Below, one piece after another: positions 8,083 to 15,665 of a stretch of 26,864 nt of DNA. Under the pieces are notes generated by a model. The model ran no database searches and had not been told where the DNA came from. It saw nothing but the letters and a program-made list of their open reading frames with translations. A program made the position numbers and the translations under genes. Numbering within the stretch: position 1 is the first letter of the stretch; each line of letters begins with the position of its first letter. Location: contig CBFGIY010000030.1 in assembly GCA_965648935.1 (NCBI GenBank), positions 1 to 26,864 of the forward strand. Reading direction: 5' to 3'. This DNA is from a candidate division WOR-3 bacterium. GTDB taxonomy: Bacteria; Hydrothermota; Tepidihabitantia; Tepidihabitantales; Tepidihabitantaceae.

Positions 8083-8711
8083 TGCCGCCGGACCCGATCT
8101 CCAATCGCGGCGGCAGCGCGGATGCCGAGCGGGCCGCGGTCGCGGCCACTTTGGCCCGGGCGGTCAGGCGGCTGGAGTCGGCCCCGGAGTTCAGCCGGCT
8201 GGTGCCCGAGGTGCGGGTGAATTTCGTTTTCGCTCTGGCCGCGCCCCGCTCCCCGGCCGACGTCGCCGCGGTTGACGGCCGGGTCACGGTCGTGGGCGGG
8301 CGGCCCAGGGCTGCGGGGCCGGTGCGGTTCGGGGTTTCCGATCATATGGCCCGGCTGGTGATCGAGCTTGCCCGGCGCGATCCGGCGTTTCGCGCCGGGC
8401 TGAATTTCCGCTGGCACGAGAAGGTGCTGGCCGTGGTCGAGGAGTTCTGCCGCGAGCGCGGTTTCCTCCTGGGCGTGATTGACCGGTCCGTCGAGCCGCG
8501 CGAGCTGGTCGGCGTCGATCGCGCTTCGATTCCCTGGAAGGTCGGGCAACTGGTCGCGGCCGCGGGCGGCAGGGTGCCGCAGGTGTTTTACGAGTCGCGC
8601 GGCTGGGGCAAGGAGCCGCTTTTTTTCACGGTCGGGCCGGAGCCGCTCGGGCTGGCCGAGCGCGCGATCGAGATTGCCCGGCGCTGTGCCCGGCTGGAGT
8701 CTGACCGTTGA
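8082..8711 (+). CDS. thiN: ThiN-family thiamine-phosphate synthase domain protein (stand-alone)
   Basis: LVPEVRVNFVFA, DVAAVDGRV, FGVSDHMAR, GLNFRW, DRSVEP, GWGKEP motifs. ATG 8082 coupled to the upstream stop. Confidence 0.85.
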   Translation: MPPDPISNRGGSADAERAAVAATLARAVRRLESAPEFSRLVPEVRVNFVFALAAPRSPADVAAVDGRVTVVGGRPRAAGPVRFGVSDHMARLVIELARRDPAFRAGLNFRWHEKVLAVVEEFCRERGFLLGVIDRSVEPRELVGVDRASIPWKVGQLVAAAGGRVPQVFYESRGWGKEPLFFTVGPEPLGLAERAIEIARRCARLESDR

Positions 8712-10387
8712 GCCGGGCGGCTGGCCTGCTGGTCCTGCTGTGCGCGGCGGCGCTGGCCGTGCCGACGATCGCGGCGCGCGACCTGAGGCCGGGGATGAAG
8801 GGTTACGGGCTGTCGGTGTTTTTCGGGCAGGGCGTGGAGCGTTTCGAGGCCGAGGTTGTGGACGTCATTTTCAACGAGTGGCCGCGCGGCGATCTGATTC
8901 TCTGCCGGTTGTCGGGCAAGGGGCTGGAGGAGTCGGGCATCGTGGCCGGGATGTCGGGCAGTCCGGTGTTTTTCGATGGGAAGCTGGCCGGCGCGGTGGC
9001 TTATGGCTGGGGTTTTGCCAAGCAGCCGATTGCCGGCGTCACGCCGATTGACCAGATGCTGGAGATCTGGCGCGACGAGGGCCGGGGCGCGCAGGGCAGG
9101 GGCCGGGGTCCGGGGCGCGATGGCGCCGGCCCGATGGCCCTGCGGCCGCTGGCGGTGCCGCTGGCCGTGTCGGGTCTGTCGCCGCGGGCCGGCGCGGCGA
9201 TCGAGTCGCTGGTCGGGCAGTGGAATCTGGCCCCGGTCGCGGCCGGGTCCGGCCGCGGGATTGATTCTTCCGATGCGGCGCTGGTCCCGGGCGCGGTGGT
9301 CGGGGTCGCGCTGGTGGACGGCGACGTGCGGATTTCGGGCATCGGCACGCTGACTCATCGCGAGGGCGACCGGGTTCTGATGTTCGGGCATCCGATGTTT
9401 CAGGCCGGGTCGGTGAGCCTGCCGATGATCACCGGCTGGATTCACACGGTGATGCCGAGCGCGGCGTCGTCGTTCAAGCTGTTTTCGCCCGGGCCGGTTG
9501 TCGGGGCGGTGAGCGAGGATCGGACCCACGGCGTGGCCGGCAGGGTGGGCCGGTCTGCCCCGACTTTGCCGGTGAGCGTGCGTCTGGAGTCGCCGGTCGC
9601 GCGCGATCTGTTCCGGTTCCGCGTCGCCCTGCACGACGAGCTGGCCCCGGCTTTCGTGCCGGCGGGCGCGGCCGCGCTGGTGTATGAGTCCGAGGGGTCG
9701 CTGGCCGAGCAGACCCTGCGCGCGGTCTGCCGGTTTCGCGCGGGGCGCGATACGGTCGAGGTGCGGCACACGATGACCGGAACCGATCCGGCCGCGGCCT
9801 GGCTTCTGCGCCTGCGCGACGAGCTGAGGCTGGTGTATTCCAACCGGTTCGAGCGGCCGGGTATTGACGGCATCGATATCAGCCTGCGGTTCAGCCCGGG
9901 CATCGAGCGGGCGTTTCTGGCCGGGGCGCGGCCCGAGCGCCGGGTGGTGCGGCCGGGCGAGCGGGTGCGGCTGTACCTGTCTCTGCGCGACTGGCGCGGC
10001 GCGGCTTTTGCGGATACGGTCGAGCTGGTCCTGCCGCGCGCTCTGCCCGAGGGGCCGCTGTCACTGCGGCTGGGCCAGCGCGATTCCCTGCTGATTGAGG
10101 ACCTGATGCGCGCGCCGGGCCGGGTCCAGCCGCGCAGCCTGCGCACGGTGTTTGACCTGCTGGAGCAGGCCGGGCGCGAGGACGAGCTGGCCGTGACCGG
10201 TTCGGTGCCGGTCCCCGGCCTTGTCCTGGGGCGCAGCGAGCTGGCCGCGGCGCCGCGGTCGGTGCGCAGCGCGGCGCGCGCCGAGCCGGGCGGGTTTTCC
10301 GCCGAGAGCCGCGTGTTCGAGAGATACTTTCCCCTGGGCCGGGTGGTCGCCGGCACCGCGCGGGTGGACCTGGAGGTGAGACGGTGA
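8708..10387 (+). CDS. Secreted SpoIVB-like serine peptidase (S55 domain protein)
   Basis: Signal peptide, LRPGMKGYGLSVF, GIVAGMSGSPV (Ser motif), GTLT...MFGHP (His motif). TTG start overlaps the thiN stop. Confidence 0.9.
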   Translation: MSRAAGLLVLLCAAALAVPTIAARDLRPGMKGYGLSVFFGQGVERFEAEVVDVIFNEWPRGDLILCRLSGKGLEESGIVAGMSGSPVFFDGKLAGAVAYGWGFAKQPIAGVTPIDQMLEIWRDEGRGAQGRGRGPGRDGAGPMALRPLAVPLAVSGLSPRAGAAIESLVGQWNLAPVAAGSGRGIDSSDAALVPGAVVGVALVDGDVRISGIGTLTHREGDRVLMFGHPMFQAGSVSLPMITGWIHTVMPSAASSFKLFSPGPVVGAVSEDRTHGVAGRVGRSAPTLPVSVRLESPVARDLFRFRVALHDELAPAFVPAGAAALVYESEGSLAEQTLRAVCRFRAGRDTVEVRHTMTGTDPAAAWLLRLRDELRLVYSNRFERPGIDGIDISLRFSPGIERAFLAGARPERRVVRPGERVRLYLSLRDWRGAAFADTVELVLPRALPEGPLSLRLGQRDSLLIEDLMRAPGRVQPRSLRTVFDLLEQAGREDELAVTGSVPVPGLVLGRSELAAAPRSVRSAARAEPGGFSAESRVFERYFPLGRVVAGTARVDLEVRR

Positions 10388-10512
10388 GTTTTCGATTGCC
10401 GATCTTTGATCGCCGATCTCCGATCGCACATCGCACTTCGGAAATCGGAAATCGGAAATCGCAGATTCCGGCGGCCGATTGCCGATTGTCCGCGCGCGGG
10501 GCGGGCCGATAG
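10384..10512 (+). other. Putative 42-aa bridging mini-ORF across heptamer array C (MSFRLPIFDRRSPIAHRTSEIGNRKSQIPAADCRLSARGAGR)
   Basis: GTG 10384 overlaps the S55 stop (GTGA). TAG 10510-10512 abuts the next ATG 10513. Confidence 0.4.
10388..10491. repeat. Heptamer tandem array C (11 phased units plus a degenerate tail)
   Basis: GTTTTCG ATTGCCG ATCTTTG ATCGCCG ATCTCCG | ATCGCAC ATCGCAC TTCGGAA ATCGGAA ATCGGAA ATCGCAG ... ATTGCCG ATTGTCC. Confidence 0.93.
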
Positions 10513-11334
10513 ATGGGCGCGCTTGCGTGGCTGGTTCTGGCCGGGATGGTGTGGGTGAGCGAGGGCGGCGACAGCCTGCTGGCGCGGGCCGACCGCATCG
10601 AGCTTGAGGGTGTCGCCCTGCGGCCGGGCGCGTTCGAGCTGGCGCCGGCGCGGGTCGGGCGCGCCGCGCCGCCGGCGGCCGCGGTGTGGCGGGCGGCGCG
10701 CGATGCGCGCGGCGGCGTGTGGCTGGCCGCAACCGGCGGGGTCTGGCGTCTGGGCCGGGCCGGGGCCGAGAAGGTTTTCGAGCGCGAGGATGTCGAGGTG
10801 ATGGCGCTGGCGGTCGCCCCGGACGGAACGGCGTTTTTCGGCGTGACTCCGGGCGGCGAGGTCTGGCGCGCGCGGCCGGGCGCGAAGCCGGACCTGCATT
10901 TTTCCACCGGCGAGGGCTCGGTGTTCGACCTGGCACTGGGCCGCGACGGCGCGCTGTATGCCGCGACCGGGCCGGCCGGCCGGCTGTGGCGCATCAGCGG
11001 CGGCCAGGGGACGGTCGTGTTTGCCGCGCCGCAGATGCACCTGCTCTGCGTCGAGGCGGCGGAGGGCGGCCTGCTGGTCGGCACCGCGCCCGACGGCATC
11101 GTTTACCGCGTGTCGCCGCAGGGCGCGGGACCGGCCGGGGTCGAGGTGGTTTTCGATTCGCCGCTGGCCGAGGCGCGGGCCGCGCTGGCCCGGCGCGAGT
11201 GGGGCGCGGCGTTGCGGCGCGCGGTGGCCGCGCGCGACCTCGCGCTGCGCGCGTGGGAACTGGCGCGGGGCAAGGTCGGGCCGGATATGACCGGCCAGGC
11301 CCTTGAAGAGACCGACCGCCTGCTCGATGACTGA
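10513..11334 (+). CDS. Secreted beta-propeller protein, apparently truncated and fused to a helical-repeat fragment
   Basis: Signal peptide and propeller blades (ALAVAPDGTAFFGVTPGGEVWR, DLALGRDGALYAATGPAGRLWR, LLVGTAPDGIVYRV). Abrupt switch to Ala/Arg helical sequence after VFDSPLAE. Confidence 0.7.
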   Translation: MGALAWLVLAGMVWVSEGGDSLLARADRIELEGVALRPGAFELAPARVGRAAPPAAAVWRAARDARGGVWLAATGGVWRLGRAGAEKVFEREDVEVMALAVAPDGTAFFGVTPGGEVWRARPGAKPDLHFSTGEGSVFDLALGRDGALYAATGPAGRLWRISGGQGTVVFAAPQMHLLCVEAAEGGLLVGTAPDGIVYRVSPQGAGPAGVEVVFDSPLAEARAALARREWGAALRRAVAARDLALRAWELARGKVGPDMTGQALEETDRLLDD

Positions 11335-11467
11335 ACAGGCGCGCGAGCAGCAGCGGCTGGCGCGCGAGCATGCCGCGGCCAACCGCCTGGCCGACGCCTG
11401 GTATTCGACCGCGCGGGCCCGGCGCCTGGTTGACCGCGCGGCCGACCTCGTCGAGTCGGGTCAGTAG
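11327..11467 (+). pseudogene. Frameshifted C-terminal fragment of a helical-repeat protein (46 aa)
   Basis: MTEQAREQQRLAREHAAANRLADAWYSTARARRLVDRAADLVESGQ resembles the helical unit at the end of the upstream ORF, but in another frame. Confidence 0.5.
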
Positions 11468-11487
11468 CGGCCGCTGTCGGATCCCTG

Positions 11488-12789
11488 ATGGCGGCCAGGC
11501 ACTGCACAGCCCACTTTTCGTTGCGCCGGCCAGCCCGGCATCTGGCGCTGCTGCTCGTCCTCTGCGCCGGGGCGGTCCGGGCCGCGGTCAGCAATTCCTT
11601 CTCGCTCGGGGCGGACTACTCGAGCCAGCGCTACAGCGTCTTTGCCGAGGACTCGGCGTGGTATGAAGTCGAGAAGGACACGCTCGCGACCGACACCGAG
11701 GCGCGCGGCACTTGGACATTCGATTACCGGCGCGGGGGCGACGGCGCAGACCTGGGCATCGGCAACCGGCTGAGCCTGTCCACGGCATCCATCTACGACA
11801 ATCTGAGCTTTCAGGCGAGCCGGCGGCTGGGCCCCCGGCTGGAACTGGCCGGGTCCAATGACGCCGCGCTGCGGCTCTATCACCGGTTCCTGCCCGGCGC
11901 GGACACCGCGTACCGCCGCGACTACTTCGACAACGCGGCCCGGCTCGAGCTGCGGTTCCGGCCGGCCGAGCCGACCCGGCTGGCGATGTTCGCGCGCGCC
12001 GACCTCGGGCTTTTCCCGCGGCCCGACTCATTCAGCTACAACTATGTCACGGGCCGGGTCGGGGCCAGCCTGCGCCAGGAACTCGGCCTCCTGTCCGCGG
12101 CCGAGGCCGGGGTCGAACTGGCGCGGCGGTTCACCCGGCCGGACCAGCGCTACGACGAGATTTCCGCCGACGCGGGCATCGACGGCTGCATCGGCGCCGG
12201 GCCGCGCGCCGCCCTTTCGGCGAGCGCGGCGCGGCGGCGCTACGCTGACCCGGGGCGCAGTTACCTCGAGGCCGGGCCGACGCTGGATCTCGAGTTCGAC
12301 GTGTCCGACGCGTTCTCGGTCAGCCTCGAAGACGAGGCGCGCGCGACCTGGTACGATTCCGCGGCCGGGGTGTACACGGACTTCTTCGAGAACTCCGCGC
12401 GGCTGGAGCTGGAGTACCGCGTCGGCGCGGATATCGGCCTGCGCCTGGTGCCGCGCTTTGACTTCGGCCGGGGACTGGCCGGGCCGGGCGACGAGGACTA
12501 TCGCGAGCCGTCGCTCGGGGCCGGGCTCGACCTTGCGCGCACCGACCGGCTGTGGCTTTCGGCCGAGGACCGCGTCGGTGTGCGGCGCTTTCCCAATGCC
12601 GACACGCTCTTTGCCGGCAACTACGCGTTCAACGAGCTCAGCCTGATGCTCGACTGGACAATCCTGCGCTCGGCCGGCACGCGCCTGGCGCTTTCCGCTT
12701 CGGCAACTGTCAGCCCGGAGTGGCACGCGGTCGACACCGACGACTTCCTTTCCCGCGTCTTCTCGCTCGAACTGCGCTGGGGCCCATAG
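11488..12789 (+). CDS. Putative outer-membrane beta-barrel protein
   Basis: Signal peptide (LALLLVLCAGAVRA), alternating amphipathic strands rich in Y/F/G, C-terminal strand VFSLELRW. Confidence 0.75.
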   Translation: MAARHCTAHFSLRRPARHLALLLVLCAGAVRAAVSNSFSLGADYSSQRYSVFAEDSAWYEVEKDTLATDTEARGTWTFDYRRGGDGADLGIGNRLSLSTASIYDNLSFQASRRLGPRLELAGSNDAALRLYHRFLPGADTAYRRDYFDNAARLELRFRPAEPTRLAMFARADLGLFPRPDSFSYNYVTGRVGASLRQELGLLSAAEAGVELARRFTRPDQRYDEISADAGIDGCIGAGPRAALSASAARRRYADPGRSYLEAGPTLDLEFDVSDAFSVSLEDEARATWYDSAAGVYTDFFENSARLELEYRVGADIGLRLVPRFDFGRGLAGPGDEDYREPSLGAGLDLARTDRLWLSAEDRVGVRRFPNADTLFAGNYAFNELSLMLDWTILRSAGTRLALSASATVSPEWHAVDTDDFLSRVFSLELRWGP

Positions 12790-12849
12790 GTCCTGTCAGC
12801 CCGATCGTCCCCGGCCCAAGCCGCCGATGACAAGGCTTCCGGCGCCTGC

Positions 12850-12873
12850 CCACTATAACCATGGTTATAGTGG
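12850..12873. repeat. 24-bp perfect loop-less palindrome
   Basis: CCACTATAACCA|TGGTTATAGTGG in the 394-bp gap between convergent genes. Confidence 0.9.
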
Positions 12874-13183
12874 CGCGGGGTTGGCTTGGGGTGGTTGCGC
12901 GGGAGCCATACGGCTGCAGTGTAATGTGTTATGTGCAACGGTGGTGCGCTGGGTGACAGAACGACTCCCCCGCCCCCGGGACGGTATCGTCCGGCATCAA
13001 GGCCGGTGTCGCGAGCCCCGGTGCGCCTGACCCCGGCGCCGGCCAATCGCGCGGGACTACGGCCAGGCTTGAAGCCCGCGCAACATGTCGGGATTCCGTC
13101 ACTCCGGCTGTGTGTGCTCGTGTCGTCAGTATCCGCCGCGCCGGGCTGCGATGCCGGGATTGACGACAGGCCTGCGGCGCGGG

Positions 13184-14158
13184 TCAGTCGGGGTAGCCGG
13201 ACGGGTACTGCCGGAGGAAGGACCAGGCGTCGGCAATCATCTCGTCGAGCGACTTCTCGGGACGCCAGCCGAGCTCGCGCCTGATGCGCGCCGAGGAGGC
13301 GACGAGCGCGGGCGGGTCGCCGGGTCGGCAGGCCGCGATCTTGCAGGCAATCTTGTGGCCGGTCACGCGCTCGGCCGCGGCGATGACCTCGCGGTTGGTG
13401 TACCCGGACTCGGAGCCGAGGTTGAACACCCACGAGCGGCCGCGAATGGCGTCCATCGCGAGCAGGTGGGCGCGGGCGAGATCGTGGACGTGGATGTAGT
13501 CGCGCACGCAGGTGCCGTCGCGGGTCGGGTAGGTGTCGCCGAAGAGCTCGAACGCGAAGCCCGGGTCAGCCGCGGCGCGCAGTATGCGCGGGATGAGATG
13601 GGTTTCGGGCCGGTGGTCTTCGCCGAGGCCGCCATACGCGCCGGCGACGTTGAAGTAGCGCAGGGAGGCGTAGCGGAAAGCCCCGGCCTTCTCGTATTCC
13701 TCGAGCAGGGCCTCGAACACGCGCTTGGTGCCGCCGTAGGGGTTGATCGGCGCGAGGGGCGCGTCTTCGGTGATGGGCACTTTCGCGGGCGTGCCGTAGA
13801 CCGCGGCCGAGGAGGAGAACACAAACCGGCGGGTGCCGTGCTTCAGGCAGGCGTTGAGCAGGTTCACGCCGCAGGCGATGTTGTTGTGGAAGTACGGGCC
13901 CGGCTTTTCGACCGATTCGCCGACGAGCGAGCGCGCCGCGAAGTGCATCACGCAGTCGGGCTTCTCGGCGGCGAACGCGGCGTCGAGCGCGGCGGGGTCG
14001 GCAAGGTCGCCTCTGTGCAGGCGGGCCGGCGATGAGACCGCGCGGGCGTGGCCGAGTTCGAGGCTGTCGTACACCGCGACCGAGTGCCCGGCCTCGAGCA
14101 GGACTTTGACCGCGACCGAGCCGATGTAGCCGGCGCCGCCCGTGACCAGGACTCTCAT
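13184..14158 (-). CDS. galE: UDP-glucose 4-epimerase
   Basis: TGGAGYIGS, HFAARSLVGES, FSSSAAVYG, YGGTK (YxxxK), LRYFNVAGA, DGTCVRDYIHV. Confidence 0.97.
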   Translation of the reverse strand: MRVLVTGGAGYIGSVAVKVLLEAGHSVAVYDSLELGHARAVSSPARLHRGDLADPAALDAAFAAEKPDCVMHFAARSLVGESVEKPGPYFHNNIACGVNLLNACLKHGTRRFVFSSSAAVYGTPAKVPITEDAPLAPINPYGGTKRVFEALLEEYEKAGAFRYASLRYFNVAGAYGGLGEDHRPETHLIPRILRAAADPGFAFELFGDTYPTRDGTCVRDYIHVHDLARAHLLAMDAIRGRSWVFNLGSESGYTNREVIAAAERVTGHKIACKIAACRPGDPPALVASSARIRRELGWRPEKSLDEMIADAWSFLRQYPSGYPD

Positions 14159-14167
14159 CGCCGGTTG

Positions 14168-14665
14168 CTAGCGCGCCCCAAGCCGGGCGCGGATTGCCTC
14201 GGCCAGTTCGTTGGGGCGCTGTGAGCCGATGAGCACGCGCCGGCCGTCGGCGAGGGTCAGGCGCACGCCGTGGTTGCCTGAGGCGTTGTAGGCCCAGCCG
14301 TTGCAGTAGGACCAGCGGATGCCCCAGCCGCCGTAGTCCAGCAGCGGCCGGTAGGTCACTGCCTCGGCCGAACTGACCGAGGCGAAGCGGATGAGCCGGC
14401 GCAGGAACGGAGAGTAGCGGACCGCGATGCCCTCGTCGGTCACCGCTACTTCGAGCCGGGCCGAGAACACCAGCAGGGGCAGGCCGATGCCGGCGAGCAG
14501 AAGAATAAGCCACACCGCCCAGTCGGGCGCGGGGTTGTTGCCGACCTCCTGCCCGAGAACGACCTGCGCGATGAAGACATACCACGCGAGGAAGGCGGGC
14601 AGGAGCGTGAGCCCGACCAGCCAGGCCTGGCGCAGGCGCTGGACTTCGCGGAACTCCGGTTTCAC
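14168..14665 (-). CDS. DUF6141-like membrane protein (two TM helices plus bacterial PH domain)
   Basis: FREVQRLRQ, two hydrophobic segments, YRPLLDYGGWGIR, AYNASGNHGV, LIGSQRP. Confidence 0.85.
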   Translation of the reverse strand: MKPEFREVQRLRQAWLVGLTLLPAFLAWYVFIAQVVLGQEVGNNPAPDWAVWLILLLAGIGLPLLVFSARLEVAVTDEGIAVRYSPFLRRLIRFASVSSAEAVTYRPLLDYGGWGIRWSYCNGWAYNASGNHGVRLTLADGRRVLIGSQRPNELAEAIRARLGAR

Positions 14666-14671
14666 GATTCC

Positions 14672-14699
14672 AGCCTAGCCGACAACCGGCCGAGGGCAA
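14672..14699 (-). promoter_or_regulatory. sigma70-type leaderless promoter for DUF6141-galE
   Basis: Minus strand: TTGCCC, 16 bp, TAGGCT, 6 nt, GTG 14665. Confidence 0.5.
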
Positions 14700-14708
14700 G
14701 CCCGGCAT

Positions 14709-14737
14709 TTGACACGCTCGCCGCGGCGGCCGATACT
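14709..14737 (+). promoter_or_regulatory. sigma70-type promoter for DUF3078-chrA
   Basis: TTGACA, 17 bp, GATACT. GAGGAGG SD at 14751-14757. Confidence 0.55.
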
Positions 14738-14762
14738 CGGGGCGAAACCAGAGGAGGAAACC

Positions 14763-15593
14763 GTGAAGTACGCAGTGCTCGCGCTCGTGATCGTTGTCGG
14801 CATCGCCGCGGCCCAGGCCCGCGGCTGGGGCCAGCGGTTCAATTTCAGCCTGTTGCTCAACGAGGGCCTGTACTCGGCCAACTGGACCGGCGAAGAAAAG
14901 ACATCGGGCTCGATAACCGCGTCGGTGGACCACGCGGCCCAGAAGCAGTTCACGCGCCAGTTCCGGTTCGAGCACGGCATCGGGCTCGCGTTCGGCCAGC
15001 AGGTGACCGACGAGGGCGAGGCGTGGCGGTGGTCCAAGTCCGAGGACAAAATCAGGCTCGACGAGGTCGCGCGCTTCACCCTTGGCATCTGGGTTGACCC
15101 GTTCGTCTCGGCCGCGCTCAAGTCCCAGTTCATCGACCGCCGCGACACGCTGCGCACCCGGCTGGTGCATCCGCTGGAGTTTCTCGAGGCGGCGGGCGTG
15201 GGCCGGACTTTCTTCGAAAGCGAACAGCGGATGCTCAAGTCGCAGGTCGGCGCGGCAGCGCGCCAGCTTCTTGACGAATTCGACGCGCTCGGCGCGGTGG
15301 CCGACGCCGGCGTGACCTGGAGCACCGACTTCCGCACCCGGCTCGGCACGCCCGACGCCGCGTATTCCTCGAAGCTGGTGCTGTACAAGCCGCTGGTGTC
15401 GTTCGGCAGCGGCCGCGAAGTCGGCACCTGGCCCCAGCTGGACTGGCAGCACGAACTCGGCGCCAAGATCGGCAAGTTCGTCACGGCCAGGGCGTATGTC
15501 CAGCTGCTCTACGACGAGATAGTGCTGGACCAGGTGCGGTTCAAGCAGACCCTCGGGCTCGGGCTGTCCTATGCCTGGGCGAGAGGGATGTAG
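14763..15593 (+). CDS. DUF3078-like outer-membrane beta-barrel protein
   Basis: Strong SD plus GTG 14763 gives signal peptide MKYAVLALVIVVGIAAAQA. Motifs NWTG, WSKSEDKIRL and terminal strand FKQTLGLGLSY. Confidence 0.8.
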   Translation: MKYAVLALVIVVGIAAAQARGWGQRFNFSLLLNEGLYSANWTGEEKTSGSITASVDHAAQKQFTRQFRFEHGIGLAFGQQVTDEGEAWRWSKSEDKIRLDEVARFTLGIWVDPFVSAALKSQFIDRRDTLRTRLVHPLEFLEAAGVGRTFFESEQRMLKSQVGAAARQLLDEFDALGAVADAGVTWSTDFRTRLGTPDAAYSSKLVLYKPLVSFGSGREVGTWPQLDWQHELGAKIGKFVTARAYVQLLYDEIVLDQVRFKQTLGLGLSYAWARGM

Positions 15594-15665
15594 GCGGCAG
15601 CACAGGCGCGGGAAGTCAGGCTGGACCACAACACCGCACCGGGCGCGGCGGCTGACCGGCCGCAG

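Noticed and set aside
2144..10491. Heptamer arrays as CRISPR arrays
   Set aside because: Contiguous 7-bp units with no 23-50 bp repeats, no unique spacers and no cas genes.
12912..12939. Possible dif (XerCD) site GGCTGCAGTGTAATGTGTTATGTGCAAC
   Set aside because: The right arm TTATGTGCAAC resembles an XerD arm, but only 4 bp separate TAA and TTA (canonical 6) and the left arm is poor.
12827..13284. ORFs 12827-13030 and 12931-13284 in the convergent gap
   Set aside because: No SD or promoter support, non-coding-like composition and no motifs.
14709..14762. ORF-track TTG starts at 471, 14709, 18612 and 22605, and long N-terminal extensions at 7743, 17034, 24848 and 26036
   Set aside because: The TTGs are promoter elements. 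Downstream starts have an SD, a stop overlap or promoter support and give sensible N-termini.
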